From Gemmatimonas phototrophica (lineage in GTDB: Bacteria > Gemmatimonadota > Gemmatimonadetes > Gemmatimonadales > Gemmatimonadaceae), in the NCBI GenBank assembly GCA_945869195.1, contig CAMBNV010000008.1, forward strand, positions 1,367 through 65,366: a stretch of 64,000 nt of DNA. The letters are read 5' to 3'. Under the pieces are notes generated by a model, which was not told the origin of the DNA, made no database searches, and worked only from the letters and a program-made list of their open reading frames with translations. This document shows positions 20,582 to 31,188 of this stretch, one piece after another. The translations under genes were made by a program, and so were the position numbers. Each line of letters opens with the position of its first letter. Within the stretch, counting starts at the first letter, position 1.

Positions 20582-20692
20582 GGGGACCTGTGTGTGGAGG
20601 GGATCAGCGTCGCATCTGCACATCAACGCGCCTGGAGCACTCGACGCTGGACGGCGGGTGCTGGCGTCGCTACCGTGTCATCGATCGAGGAA

Positions 20693-21118
20693 CTACTTGA
20701 GCGTCGCGGTCAGCGTCTTTGGCACCGCAGCCAGTGCCCGGGAGACGATACAACCGTCTTTCGTTGCCTCGGCAACCTTCTGAAACGCCTCGTTCGAAAT
20801 CCCAGGCACCTCAGCGTCACAGACGAGTGCCATCCCGACAATCGTCATCTTCTCATCGACGCGTTCCATCTGAACCGTGGCGCGGGTATCGACGCGCACC
20901 GGAGTATGCCCGGCCTGCGATAGTCCAAGAGCGAACGCCATCGAGAAGCAGGCGGCCGCAGCGGCGCCGAGCAGTTCCTCCGGATTGGTGCCCGGGACGT
21001 CCTCGAATCTGGTCCCGAACGAGAAGGGACCCTCAAAGGCACCGCTGCCGAGGCGGACTGAGCCCTGGCCGCCCTTGAGATCGCCGTGCCACTGGGCGGA
21101 TGCGTTGCGGTGGATCAT
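20693..21118 (-). CDS. osmC: OsmC-family peroxiredoxin
   Basis: WHGDLKGGQG, GTNPEELLGAAAAACFSMA, ATKDGCIVSRAL; GGAG upstream. Confidence 0.9.
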   Translation of the reverse strand: MIHRNASAQWHGDLKGGQGSVRLGSGAFEGPFSFGTRFEDVPGTNPEELLGAAAAACFSMAFALGLSQAGHTPVRVDTRATVQMERVDEKMTIVGMALVCDAEVPGISNEAFQKVAEATKDGCIVSRALAAVPKTLTATLK

Positions 21119-21248
21119 GATGAGGCTCCGAGTTGTGAGGGTCTGAGTGGATGGTAACCCTCCGGCCACGCCGGGGCGAGGCGCGCTGGGTTGCGAACAG
21201 GAGCGGGGAATGGTTACAACTACCACATTCCCCTCTTCCGGATCACCG

Positions 21249-22556
21249 ATGGCCCACCGATTTTTACGCCCCGCGCTCCTCGTCGCCCTCCTGCTCGCCC
21301 TGCTCACGCCCGCCCGCCCCGCGCGCGCTCAGGATGAGGCCGCGCTCGTAGCTCTGGCGCGCGCGATTCATGGGCGTGTGATGACACTCGACACGCACGT
21401 CGACATCAGCCCGTCGGCGTTCCGCGCCGACACGCTCAACTACGTCACCGGGATTGCGCGCAATCAGGTGGACATTCCGAAGATGGAGGCGGGGGGCCTC
21501 GACGCCGTCTTTCTGATCGTCTACGTGGGCCAGGCGCGCACAATTGACTCGGCCGCGATGGCCGCTGCCTACGCCTCGGCGATCGAGAAGTTCGAGGCGA
21601 TTCATCGTCTCACCGACTCACTCGCTCCGACGCGCGTCGGACTCGCGCGGACCGCCGTCGACGCCCGCCGCATTTACGCGAGCGGCCGCAAGGTGATCTT
21701 CATCGGTATCGAGAACGGCTTCTCCGTAGGGACCGACCTCTCGCGCATCAAGCAGTTCGCCGATCTCGGTGGTCGGTATCTCTCCCTCGCACACAATGGC
21801 CACAGCCAGTTCTCCGACTCCAACACCGGCGAACGTGACGGTGTCTGGCTACACAATGGCCTGAGCCCGCTCGGCCGTGAGGCGGTCGCCGAGCTCAATA
21901 AGTGGGGTATCATGATCGACATCTCGCACCCGAGCAAGGCGAGCATGATGCAGACGCTGTCCCTCACCACGGCGCCGATCATCGCATCGCATTCTGGCGT
22001 CCGCGCACTCTGCGATCACAGCCGCAATCTCGATGACGAGCAACTGCTCGGCATGAAGAAGAATGGTGGCGTCGTGCAGCTCGTCGCGTTCAATGGTTAT
22101 GTGAAATGCAATCCCGCCCGGGACGCAGAGCGTCAGGCAGCGATCGACGTCCTGCGCACACACTACGGCGTGACCGGCGCCAATCCCCGCGACGTGAGCT
22201 CCTCGGTGCAGGCGCTGCCCGAAGACCGGCGGAACGCGTATCTCTCGGCACAGGAGGATATCACCGCTCGCCGATACCCCACCGACCCGTCGGCGACGGT
22301 GAAGGATTTCGTCAACCACATCGACTACACGGTGCAGTTGATCGGGATTGAGCACGTGGGAATCAGCAGCGACTTCGACGGCGGTGGCGGTGTGGACGGC
22401 TGGCGCAACGCGAGCGAAACCTTCAACGTCACGCTCGAGCTGGTGCGGCGCGGCTACACCGAGGCGCAGATTGAGAAAATCTGGAGCGGCAACCTCCTCC
22501 GCGTTCTCACGGCAGCACAGACCACGGCGGCGCGTCTGCAGCGCGGAGCGCGGTGA
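21249..22556 (+). CDS. Exported membrane-dipeptidase (M19) family enzyme
   Basis: LDTHVD, IGIENG, LAHNG, IDISH, IASHSG, ISSDFDGGG. Confidence 0.9.
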   Translation: MAHRFLRPALLVALLLALLTPARPARAQDEAALVALARAIHGRVMTLDTHVDISPSAFRADTLNYVTGIARNQVDIPKMEAGGLDAVFLIVYVGQARTIDSAAMAAAYASAIEKFEAIHRLTDSLAPTRVGLARTAVDARRIYASGRKVIFIGIENGFSVGTDLSRIKQFADLGGRYLSLAHNGHSQFSDSNTGERDGVWLHNGLSPLGREAVAELNKWGIMIDISHPSKASMMQTLSLTTAPIIASHSGVRALCDHSRNLDDEQLLGMKKNGGVVQLVAFNGYVKCNPARDAERQAAIDVLRTHYGVTGANPRDVSSSVQALPEDRRNAYLSAQEDITARRYPTDPSATVKDFVNHIDYTVQLIGIEHVGISSDFDGGGGVDGWRNASETFNVTLELVRRGYTEAQIEKIWSGNLLRVLTAAQTTAARLQRGAR

Positions 22557-22580
22557 GCAGAACGCTCTCCCCGCTCCCTT

Positions 22581-24617
22581 CTATTTTCTCACCAACGTCA
22601 GAATCGAGTACAGCGCTACCGCTTCACTGTCCTGATTGCTAACCTCCACGTCCCACTCGACCACGCCCTGCGGGATCCCACCCTCGGGCGTGTCCTTCGC
22701 CGTCTTCTGCTTCACCGTGAGCCGCACGCCGATCGTGTCGCCCGGATAGACCGGCTTGGTGAACCGCAGTCGTTCCATGCCGTAGTTCGCGAGGACCGGA
22801 CCGAGCGCGGGATCGACAAAGAGCCCGGCCGCAGCCGATACGATGAAGTAGCCGTGAGCAACACGCCCGGTGAACACGCCATTGGTGCGTGCCTCATCGT
22901 CGCTCATGTGGGCGTAGAACCTGTCGCCACTCAGGTTTGCGAATGCCACGATGTCGTCGAGCGTGATCGTCCGCGTGCCCGTGATGTGGGTGTCACCAAT
23001 CTGGAGTTCATCGAACGTTTTCCGGAACGGATGGACGGCATCGAGCCGTTTCGCCGAGCCGGCACTCCATTCCCGTGTGATGGCGGTGAGCATGCTCGGA
23101 CTTCCCTGCACCGCTGTGCGCTGCATGTAGTGCAGCACGCCGCGCGCGCCACCCATCTCCTCGCCGCCGCCGGCGCGTCCAGGGCCGCCATGCACGAGGT
23201 TGGGGAGCGGGGACCCATGCCCAGTGCTCTCCTGCGCGCTCGACCGGTCGATCACCATCAGGCGACCGTGGTACGACGCGACCCCGAGCACGACCTTGCG
23301 CGCGATCGACGCGTCGCCCGTGAACAGCGAGCCGCAGAGCGAGCCGCGACCGCGTTTGGCGAGTTCAATCGCCTCGTCGAGCGTCGCGTACGGCATCACG
23401 GTGTTCACGGGCCCAAAGGCCTCGATATCGTGCGGTTCACTGCGGCCGAGCGGCTCATGGCAGACCAGGAGCATTGGGCCAAAGAAGGCACCCTTGTCTC
23501 GGTCGGCGCCCACCACCTGGAAGTCGCCACCGCCGAACACCACCTCGCCCGCCTCTCTGATCCGCGCGGCCGCCGCAGCGACGTCGCGCACCTGGCCGGC
23601 ACTCACGAGCGGCCCCATGCGGACGCCCTCGACGGCCGGGTCGCCGATTGTCGTCTTCTTAAGTCGCACCGTGAGCGCCCGCACGACATCTTCCAGCATG
23701 CCCGCGGGGACAATCGTGCGGCGGATTGCCGTGCATTTCTGTCCGGCCTTCGTCGTCATCTCGCGCAGGACCTCCTTGATGAAGAGGCCGAACTCCTCAG
23801 TGCCTGGCGCAGCGTCGGGGGCGAGGATCGAACAGTTGAGCGAGTCGGCTTCCATATTGAATCGCACCGAGTGCGCGACGACAGCCCGGCTCTCTTTAAG
23901 CATCTGCCCCGTCGCGGCGCTGCCGGTAAAGGCGATCGCGTCCTGTTCGGTCACATGGCTGAGCAGGTCGCCCGCCGAGCCGCAGATTAATTGCATCGCG
24001 CCCTCGGGCAGGATCTTGGAGGCGATCATCTCCCGGACCATCAGCTCGGTCAGATAGCTGGTGGAGGTCGCTGGCTTCACAATGCATGGCACGCCGGCCA
24101 GCAGCGTCGGCGCCAGCTTCTCGAGCATCCCCCAGCAGGGAAAGTTAAAGGCGTTGATATGCATCGCCACGCCTTCGAGCGGCACGCAGATGTGACGCCC
24201 AGCAAAGGTCCCGCCCTTTGAGAGGACCTCCTGGGGTCCTTCGACGTGAAATGTCTCGTTTGGAAAATCGCGACGGCCGCGGCTCGCGTAGGCGAACAGG
24301 GTTCCGATACCCCCTTCGATGTCGACCCACGAATCCGACTTCGTTGCGCCCGTCGCTGCTGAGAGCGCATAGAACAGTTCTTTCCGCTCCATCAGGTACT
24401 TGGCCAACGCCTTGAGGAGCAATGCACGCTGGTGGAACGTCAGTGTGCGCAACGTCGGACCGCCCACCGTCCTTGCATACTCGGCCATTGCCCTGAAGTC
24501 GAGGCCGCCGCTCGACGCCTCCGCGATTGGCGCGCCGGTCACGGCGTGGAGGAGGGTGGCCGACTTGCCCGTGCCTGCGACCCACTCGCCGAGCGCGTAG
24601 TTGCCGAGCTGCTTCAC
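22581..24617 (-). CDS. paaZ: Oxepin-CoA hydrolase / 3-oxo-5,6-dehydrosuberyl-CoA semialdehyde dehydrogenase
   Basis: ALDH domain (HINAFNFP, MEADSLN, GQKCTAIRR) plus MaoC domain (SGDRFYAHM); GTG start. Confidence 0.96.
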   Translation of the reverse strand: MKQLGNYALGEWVAGTGKSATLLHAVTGAPIAEASSGGLDFRAMAEYARTVGGPTLRTLTFHQRALLLKALAKYLMERKELFYALSAATGATKSDSWVDIEGGIGTLFAYASRGRRDFPNETFHVEGPQEVLSKGGTFAGRHICVPLEGVAMHINAFNFPCWGMLEKLAPTLLAGVPCIVKPATSTSYLTELMVREMIASKILPEGAMQLICGSAGDLLSHVTEQDAIAFTGSAATGQMLKESRAVVAHSVRFNMEADSLNCSILAPDAAPGTEEFGLFIKEVLREMTTKAGQKCTAIRRTIVPAGMLEDVVRALTVRLKKTTIGDPAVEGVRMGPLVSAGQVRDVAAAAARIREAGEVVFGGGDFQVVGADRDKGAFFGPMLLVCHEPLGRSEPHDIEAFGPVNTVMPYATLDEAIELAKRGRGSLCGSLFTGDASIARKVVLGVASYHGRLMVIDRSSAQESTGHGSPLPNLVHGGPGRAGGGEEMGGARGVLHYMQRTAVQGSPSMLTAITREWSAGSAKRLDAVHPFRKTFDELQIGDTHITGTRTITLDDIVAFANLSGDRFYAHMSDDEARTNGVFTGRVAHGYFIVSAAAGLFVDPALGPVLANYGMERLRFTKPVYPGDTIGVRLTVKQKTAKDTPEGGIPQGVVEWDVEVSNQDSEAVALYSILTLVRK

Positions 24618-25219
24618 CGCGCTCCTCCGTCCTTGGATTCGTTCCAGGTCTTGAGCATCGCCGACTGTGCTGGGCGGTCGGCGGGGATCTCACGCAGCGG
24701 CTCGACTTCGCGCCATGACGCACGCATCACCGCTGGCAGCTGCTGATACAGGGCGCTACCGTCACTCTTCCAGGCAAGCATCTCGTCGCTGACCTCCCGC
24801 ACAATCCTCGCCGGGTTGCCCACGACGAGACTGCGCTCCGGGACCTGCAGGTCGGCGGGGACGAAGCTGAGCGCGCCCACGATGCTCCCGGCACCGATCA
24901 CCGCGCCGTCCATGATCACGGCATTCATGCCGATCAGTGCGTTGGCGCCGATTCGCGCGCCGTGGATCACGGCGCCATGCCCGATGTGCGCTCCGGTCTC
25001 GAGGACCACGGTCACTCCGGGGAACATGTGCACCGTGCAGTTCTCTTGCACATTGCACCCATCTTCGATCACAATCCCGCCCCAGTCGCCGCGAATCGCG
25101 CAGCCTGGCCCGATGTACACGTCACGCCCGATAATCACATTGCCTGTCACGGTCGCCTGCGGATGCACGAGCGCGGTCTCGTGCACGACCGGGATGAAGT
25201 CATCGAAGGAGTAGATCAT
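24614..25219 (-). CDS. paaY: Hexapeptide-repeat gamma-carbonic-anhydrase-like PaaY
   Basis: IRGDWG, NVQENCTVH, HIGHGAVIHG; inside paa operon. Confidence 0.88.
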   Translation of the reverse strand: MIYSFDDFIPVVHETALVHPQATVTGNVIIGRDVYIGPGCAIRGDWGGIVIEDGCNVQENCTVHMFPGVTVVLETGAHIGHGAVIHGARIGANALIGMNAVIMDGAVIGAGSIVGALSFVPADLQVPERSLVVGNPARIVREVSDEMLAWKSDGSALYQQLPAVMRASWREVEPLREIPADRPAQSAMLKTWNESKDGGAR

Positions 25220-25231
25220 CTGAGACGGGGA

Positions 25232-26449
25232 TCAGGAGGAGGCGCGTTCGATGATGAGCGCGAACCCCTGCCCGACGCCGATGCACATGGTACAGAGCGC
25301 ATAGCGCCCCTTACGCCGCTCGAGTTCCCGCGCGGCGGTGAGCGCGAGGCGCGCCCCGCTCATGCCGAGCGGATGCCCCAGCGCGATTGCGCCGCCGTTG
25401 GGATTCACGCGGGGATCATCATCGACCATACCGAGCTCGCGCAGGCAGGCCAGCCCCTGCGCCGCGAACGCCTCATTCAGTTCGATCAGATCCATCTGAT
25501 CGATTGAGAGTCCCGCCCGCTCGAGCGCTCGATGCGTGGCCGGTACGGGGCCCATGCCCATGAGACGCGGCTCCACGCCAGCGGCCGCGCTCGTCACAAT
25601 GCGCGCCAGCGGCGTTAGCCCGGTGTCGCGCAGACCGCGTTCGGACGCGACGAGCAGCGCCGCGGCGCCGTCATTGAGGCCGCTCGCGTTGCCCGCTGTG
25701 ACCGAGCCGTGACCGTCGTGCCGGAATGCCGGCCTGAGTTTGCCGAGGATCTCCAGTGTTGTTTCCGGACGGATAAACTCGTCCTGATCGACCCGCGTCG
25801 TGCCCTTCTTCGTCGCGACATCCACCGGAATGATCTCCTCGGCGAGTCGGCCTAGGGCGCGCGCCGCGGTGGCCTTCTGCTGCGAGCGCAGGGCGAATGC
25901 GTCCTGATCGGCACGCGAGATCTTGTACTGCGCCGCGACATGTTCCGCGGTCTCGCCCATCGAGTCGGTCCCGTGCGCGGATTGCATCGCCGGATTCACA
26001 AACCGCCAGCCGATGCTCGTGTCGAATAGCTGCTGGTCGCGCGCGAACGGCGTTGCGCCCTTGGAAAGGACGAATGGGGCCCGCGTCATCGACTCGACGC
26101 CGCCCGCCAGATAGAAGTCGCCCTCCCCCGCACTGATACCGCGCGCTGCGCCAGCCACCGCACTCAACCCTGAGGCACAGAGTCGATTGACCGTCTCCCC
26201 AGGCACCGTCACCGGCAGGCCTGCGAGCAGGAGCGCCATCCGGGCGACATTGCGATTGTCTTCGCCGGCCTGATTCGCACAGCCGAGGATGACGTCGGCC
26301 AGGCGCGCGGGATCGAACGACGCGTGACGGGCGAGGAGCGCGCGGATGGCGTGCGCGCCGAGATCGTCGGCGCGCACAGCGGCCAGCGCGCCGCCCAGGT
26401 TCCCTATGGGTGTCCGGACTCCGTCAACAATGAACGCGGCCGTGCTCAT
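25232..26449 (-). CDS. paaJ: 3-oxoadipyl-CoA thiolase
   Basis: [38 protein letters not shown]. Confidence 0.93.
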   Translation of the reverse strand: MSTAAFIVDGVRTPIGNLGGALAAVRADDLGAHAIRALLARHASFDPARLADVILGCANQAGEDNRNVARMALLLAGLPVTVPGETVNRLCASGLSAVAGAARGISAGEGDFYLAGGVESMTRAPFVLSKGATPFARDQQLFDTSIGWRFVNPAMQSAHGTDSMGETAEHVAAQYKISRADQDAFALRSQQKATAARALGRLAEEIIPVDVATKKGTTRVDQDEFIRPETTLEILGKLRPAFRHDGHGSVTAGNASGLNDGAAALLVASERGLRDTGLTPLARIVTSAAAGVEPRLMGMGPVPATHRALERAGLSIDQMDLIELNEAFAAQGLACLRELGMVDDDPRVNPNGGAIALGHPLGMSGARLALTAARELERRKGRYALCTMCIGVGQGFALIIERASS

Positions 26450-26946
26450 AGGAGTGGCTTCCTCGTACGATAGACCGTGCCGCGAAAGAGGCCGACGACA
26501 ATGTCGTCCTGGTTGCGCACGGTAATCTCGCTGTACGCGAGACGGTTGGACGAGGCCTGCTCGACCGCCGTTGCCGTGAGTACGTCACCCGCACGGATCG
26601 CTGCCGGATAGCTGATGCTGCAGTCGATCGCGACGCTGATCTCTCCGCTCGAGTTGGAGCAGAACGCGTGTGCGCTGTCGGCGAAGGAGAACACAATCCC
26701 GCCATGCGCGAAGCCAAACCCGTTGAGCATCTCCGGGCGGACGGTCATGCGAATGACCGCCTGCTTGTCCGCCACCTCGAGGACCTCGACGCCAAGCCAC
26801 TGCGAAAAGGCATCGGTGGCCATCAGGCGATCAACGACCGACATTGCCATCGCGTCCGCCTCGGTCGGCGCAGCGCCGACTCCGGCCGAAACGCCCGACA
26901 CGCGATCGATGAACCTCGTGGCGCGGCGGGGGGGGATCTCGGTCAT
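26446..26946 (-). CDS. paaI: Hotdog-fold acyl-CoA thioesterase
   Basis: DAFSQWLG, MLNGFGFAHGGIVFSFADSA. Confidence 0.9.
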   Translation of the reverse strand: MTEIPPRRATRFIDRVSGVSAGVGAAPTEADAMAMSVVDRLMATDAFSQWLGVEVLEVADKQAVIRMTVRPEMLNGFGFAHGGIVFSFADSAHAFCSNSSGEISVAIDCSISYPAAIRAGDVLTATAVEQASSNRLAYSEITVRNQDDIVVGLFRGTVYRTRKPLL

Positions 26947-28136
26947 CGCAACAGTCTCCCGCCGTCTCGGACGGCCTGTTTCAGGAGTGGGCTCGGGCGG
27001 TAGCGGTCTTCCCCATACTCAGCCTGCAGTGACTCGAGTGTGGCAAGCACCGTCGCCGGTCCGATCTCGTCGCCCCAGGCCAAGAGGCCTTTCGGATAGT
27101 TCACGCCACGCGTCATCGCGACCTCGATGTCCTGCGGCGATGCGATGCGGAGACGCACGGCGTCGACCGCCTCGTTAACGAGCATCGCGAGAATGCGCTC
27201 GAGGATTCGGTGGCCAAGCACCAGATCCGTATTCGGCGGTGGCGCGAGAGCGCCCTGACCGTACACGTAGTGGCCACGCCCGCTCTTGCGACCCAGCAGT
27301 CCCGCGTCGACGAGCCGACGTTGCGTGAGCGAAGGCCGGTAGCGCGGGTCCTGGAACATCGCCTCATAGACCGAGCTCGTCACGGCGAAGTTCACGTCGT
27401 TGCCGATAAAATCCATGAGCTCGAATGGTCCCATCTTGAAGCCACCGAGTTCGCGCATCGCCCAGTCGATCGTCGCGGGGTCAGCGAGGTGCTCCTCGGC
27501 GATGCGGAGCGCTTCGCCGTAGAACGGCCGCGCGATCCGGTTCACGATGAAGCCGGGCGTGTCGGAACAGACGACCGCAATCTTATTCCACGACACGACG
27601 AGATCGCGCGCCGCCGCCGTGACGACCGTCGCCGTGGAGATCGCCGGCACGATCTCGACGAGCGGCAGGACTGGGGCGGGATTGAAGAAGTGCACGCCGA
27701 TGACGCGCTCCGGGCGTGCGCAGGCGCCGGCGATCGCCGCGACCGAGAGCGAGCTCGTGTTGGTCGCGAGGATTGCCTCGGGCGCGATCACGCCCTCGAG
27801 CACGGCGAAGAGTGCGCGCTTGGCGGCAAGCTCCTCGACGATCGCCTCGATCACGAAGGCACAGCGGCCAAAGGTCGAGAGCGCTGAGGAGTCGACTCCC
27901 TCGACGTACGTGAGGCGCGCGAGCACCACATCGGCGGCCTCGCGAGTGAGCCGACCCTTCTCCACTTCGCGCGCCATCGCCTTGGCATGGCCAACGCGAG
28001 CCTTGGCGACCGCGGCCGGCACCGCGTCGCCAAGGACCACGCGGTGTCCGCTCATGGCCGCGACCTGCGCGATCCCCGCGCCCATGGCGCCGGCACCGAC
28101 CACACCAATCACCGTCGTTGGGCCCACCGGGCTCAT
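26943..28136 (-). CDS. paaH: 3-hydroxyacyl-CoA dehydrogenase (short PaaH, about 397 aa)
   Basis: GAGAMGAG, EAIVE, ATNTSS, HFFNPAP, GFIVNRI, MGPFELMD; start at 28136 or GTG 28148. Confidence 0.9.
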   Translation of the reverse strand: MSPVGPTTVIGVVGAGAMGAGIAQVAAMSGHRVVLGDAVPAAVAKARVGHAKAMAREVEKGRLTREAADVVLARLTYVEGVDSSALSTFGRCAFVIEAIVEELAAKRALFAVLEGVIAPEAILATNTSSLSVAAIAGACARPERVIGVHFFNPAPVLPLVEIVPAISTATVVTAAARDLVVSWNKIAVVCSDTPGFIVNRIARPFYGEALRIAEEHLADPATIDWAMRELGGFKMGPFELMDFIGNDVNFAVTSSVYEAMFQDPRYRPSLTQRRLVDAGLLGRKSGRGHYVYGQGALAPPPNTDLVLGHRILERILAMLVNEAVDAVRLRIASPQDIEVAMTRGVNYPKGLLAWGDEIGPATVLATLESLQAEYGEDRYRPSPLLKQAVRDGGRLLR

Positions 28137-28137
28137 G

Positions 28138-28929
28138 TCAGGCGCCACGGTAGGCGGGCTTTCGCTTCTCAAGGAAGGCGCGCACACCTTCCTCATAGTC
28201 GGCGGTGCGACCGGCTTCTTGCATCGTCCGCGCTTCCATCTCGAGCTGCTCGTCGAGTGAGTTGGACCACGAGGCGTTCATCGCGCGTTTGGTGAGCCCA
28301 AAGCCACGCGTCGCCTGCGACGCGAGCTGCTTGGCCAGCTGCATCGCGAACTCGGTCAGTTGCGCCGCTGGCACGACCTCCCAGATCAGTCCCCACTCCT
28401 TCGCCCTGGCCGCCGGCAGCTTCTCGGCGAGGAAGAACATCCCCGTCGCGCGTTGCGGCCCCACGAGACGCGGCACGAAAAAAGTGCCGCTCGTGTCCGG
28501 GATGAGGCCGAGCTTCGCAAAGCTCTCAACAAAGACGGCCTCCTCCGCAGCAATCGTGAGATCACAGGCGAACGCGAGGTTAGCGCCGGCACCGGCCGCG
28601 ACGCCGTTGACGGCGCAGATGACCGGCTTCTCGAGGGTCCGGATCGCACGAATGATCGGGTTGTAGCTCGCCCGCACGATCTCGCTGATATCCGGCATCG
28701 GCCCGTCCCCCGCCGGCAGGGCCTCCTGCAGGTCCTGCCCAGCGCAGAAAGCGCGGCCGGCGCCGGTGAGGAGAACCGCGCGAACGCCTGGGTCGCTCGC
28801 GGCCTGGGCAAGCTGCGCCTGCAGCTCCGCGGCCATCGCCGTGGTCAACGAGTTGAGGACGTCCGGACGATTGAGCGTGAGGACGAGGACGCCTTCGTTC
28901 AGCTCCGCGAGCACGAGGGAGGTCGGCAT
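28138..28929 (-). CDS. paaG: 1,2-epoxyphenylacetyl-CoA isomerase
   Basis: LNRPDVLN, FCAGQDL, AAGAGANLAFACD, GLIPDTSG (catalytic Asp); the 875-aa track ORF is an antisense extension. Confidence 0.93.
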   Translation of the reverse strand: MPTSLVLAELNEGVLVLTLNRPDVLNSLTTAMAAELQAQLAQAASDPGVRAVLLTGAGRAFCAGQDLQEALPAGDGPMPDISEIVRASYNPIIRAIRTLEKPVICAVNGVAAGAGANLAFACDLTIAAEEAVFVESFAKLGLIPDTSGTFFVPRLVGPQRATGMFFLAEKLPAARAKEWGLIWEVVPAAQLTEFAMQLAKQLASQATRGFGLTKRAMNASWSNSLDEQLEMEARTMQEAGRTADYEEGVRAFLEKRKPAYRGA

Positions 28930-28945
28930 GGCCGGAAAGATATCA
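28930..28945 (-). promoter_or_regulatory. Putative extended -10 leaderless promoter of paaG-H-I-J-Y-Z
   Basis: TG-a-TATCTT then 7 nt to ATG; no Shine-Dalgarno sequence. Confidence 0.6.
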
Positions 28946-29001
28946 GCGTTCTCTCTGCCGGGTCGGTTCCGCCCTCGCTCCACCCTGCCCAGATTCCTCC
29001 C

Positions 29002-31092
29002 ATGGCTCCGAGACCCCTCGCCGGCTTCGACTGGCGCCGCATCGCATACACCGTCCTCGTCTCCCGCGCCCTCGATGACGTCGAGGAGGCAACGAACCGC
29101 AACCGCGCCACGGTCCCCAAGGATCAGCTGGTCCTCTACCAGTTTTCGGCACGCGGGCACGACGTCGCGCAATGCATTCTCGGCGCGTTGATCAATGGCC
29201 GGCACGATGCCGCCGGCGCCTACTACCGGAGCCGCCCGCTGCTCCTCTCGCTCGGCCTCTCGCTCGACGACGCGCTCGGCTCCCCGCTGGGACGCGCGGG
29301 CGGATTCTCCGACGGACGCGACATCGGCGTGGTCTCCAATCTGCCCAACCGCCATGGTCCGGTGGTGTTGCCGATGTCCGGCGATGTGGGGTCGCAGTAC
29401 ACGCCCACCGCCGGCTGGGCACAGGCGATCACCTACCATCGCGATTCGCTCCAGGACGCGAGCTGGGCGGGCTCGATCGGCGTCGCTCTCGGCGGCGACG
29501 CCTCGGTCGCGACGAGTGGCTTCTGGTCCGCGCTCACGATGGCGACGACGCTCAAGCTCCCGATGCTCTTCTATATCGAGGACAACGACCTCGGCATCTC
29601 GGTGAAGGGCGAGATGCAGACCCCGGGGGGCAATATCGCGAAAAACCTCGCGGCATTCTCGCACCTGTTCATCCGCGACGGGGACGGCACCGATCCGGCC
29701 GCGTCGGCCGCGCTGCTCAAGGAATGCGTGGACCATGTGCGTGCCGGCGAGGGCCCAGCGTTGGTGCGGCTGACCGTGCCGCGGCTCTCGAGCCACTCGG
29801 GTCCGGACAATCAGAAGGGCTACCGCACCGACGCCGAGATCGCGGCCGACCAGGCGCGCGATCCGCTGCCGCGCCTGCGCTCCTACCTCGTCCCCGCGCT
29901 CCTCAGTGCGGTCGACTGGAGCGGGCTGGAGGCGGAGGTGGCGCGCGACGTCGAGCGCGCACTCGTGGCAGCGCGCGCACGTCCCGTGCCCGACGCATCC
30001 CGGATCGCCGAGCATCTGCGCGCCGACGACACCGACGATGCGCCCGAGGCCTTCGGCGGGGTCCCGCGAGCGATTCGACGCGATCTCGGTGGCACCGACG
30101 TCCCGCGTAAGGATGGCGAGATGCTGCGCTTCGCCGAGGCGGTGCGCCGTACTCTGCGGCGCGAACTCGAAGTGAATCCGCGCCTCGTCGTGTTTGGCGA
30201 GGACGTGGGCAAGAAGGGGGGCGTGCATCTCGTGACCGAGGGACTGCAGAAGGAGTTCGGCACGGCGCGCGTCTTCGACACCAGCCTGAGTGAGGAGGGC
30301 ATCATCGGCCGCGCCTCTGGGCTCGCGATCAGCGGCCTCATGCCCGTCGCCGAAATCCAGTTTCGTAAGTACGCTGACCCGGCCACCGAGCAGCTCAACA
30401 ATACCGGTTCGATGCGCTGGCGCACGGCCAATCGCTTTGCCGCGCCGATGGTGGTGCGCATGCCCGGTGGCTTCGGCAAAGATGTGGGCGACCCGTGGCA
30501 CTCGCTGAGTGACGAGGTGCGCTTTGCACACGCCTACGGCTGGCAGGTCGCCATGCCGTCCAATGCCGCCGACGCCGTGGGCCTGCTGCGCGCCGCGATG
30601 CGCGCGCCCGATCCGACGGTGTTTTTCGAACATCGGTCGCTCCTGATGACCGGCGACGGCAGCGCGCGGTATCCCGGCGACGATTACGTCCTGCCATTTG
30701 GCAGAGCGCGTGTCGTACAGGAAGGTCGGTCGGTCACGCTCGTCACATGGGGTGCGATGGTGCATCGCTCAGTTGCGGCGGCGGCGCGGTTCCCGGGCCT
30801 CGTCGAGGTGATCGACCTGCGGACCATCGCGCCCTGGGACCACGCGGCCGTGCTCCGCTCGGTGGCCAAGACCGGCCGCTGCCTGGTCGTGCACGAGGAC
30901 AACCTCACCGCTGGATTCGGCGCCGAGATCGCGGCGTTCCTCGCGCAGGAAGCGTTCTGGGATCTCGATGCGCCGGTGCAACGGCTCGCGCCGAAGGACA
31001 TCCCGATGCCGTACCATCCGGTGTTGCTCGACGCGGTGTTGCCCGACGCGGACCGGATCGCGAGCGCAATCGAGGAGCTGGTACAGGCCTGA
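29002..31092 (+). CDS. Fused alpha/beta E1 component of a 2-oxoacid dehydrogenase (TPP-dependent)
   Basis: TPP motif variant GGDAS..EDN, RLSSHS loop, FGEDVG, DTSLSEEGI, AEIQF, EVIDLRTIAPWD. Confidence 0.88.
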   Translation: MAPRPLAGFDWRRIAYTVLVSRALDDVEEATNRNRATVPKDQLVLYQFSARGHDVAQCILGALINGRHDAAGAYYRSRPLLLSLGLSLDDALGSPLGRAGGFSDGRDIGVVSNLPNRHGPVVLPMSGDVGSQYTPTAGWAQAITYHRDSLQDASWAGSIGVALGGDASVATSGFWSALTMATTLKLPMLFYIEDNDLGISVKGEMQTPGGNIAKNLAAFSHLFIRDGDGTDPAASAALLKECVDHVRAGEGPALVRLTVPRLSSHSGPDNQKGYRTDAEIAADQARDPLPRLRSYLVPALLSAVDWSGLEAEVARDVERALVAARARPVPDASRIAEHLRADDTDDAPEAFGGVPRAIRRDLGGTDVPRKDGEMLRFAEAVRRTLRRELEVNPRLVVFGEDVGKKGGVHLVTEGLQKEFGTARVFDTSLSEEGIIGRASGLAISGLMPVAEIQFRKYADPATEQLNNTGSMRWRTANRFAAPMVVRMPGGFGKDVGDPWHSLSDEVRFAHAYGWQVAMPSNAADAVGLLRAAMRAPDPTVFFEHRSLLMTGDGSARYPGDDYVLPFGRARVVQEGRSVTLVTWGAMVHRSVAAAARFPGLVEVIDLRTIAPWDHAAVLRSVAKTGRCLVVHEDNLTAGFGAEIAAFLAQEAFWDLDAPVQRLAPKDIPMPYHPVLLDAVLPDADRIASAIEELVQA

Positions 31093-31188
31093 ACTGAGAG
31101 GGTCGCAGCGGGCAGGGAGCGGTCCGGAGTTCAGCGCATCAGACGAGCAGGTCAGGCTCCTCGCGGCGTGATGCCTGATGCGGCGCCG

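Noticed and set aside
28138-31092. 875-aa and 910-aa mutually antisense ORFs suggesting long overlapping genes or fusions
   Set aside because: They are paaG and E1 with upstream extensions in the codon-aligned antisense frame, which is stop-poor in GC-rich genes. Real starts are at 28929 and 29002.
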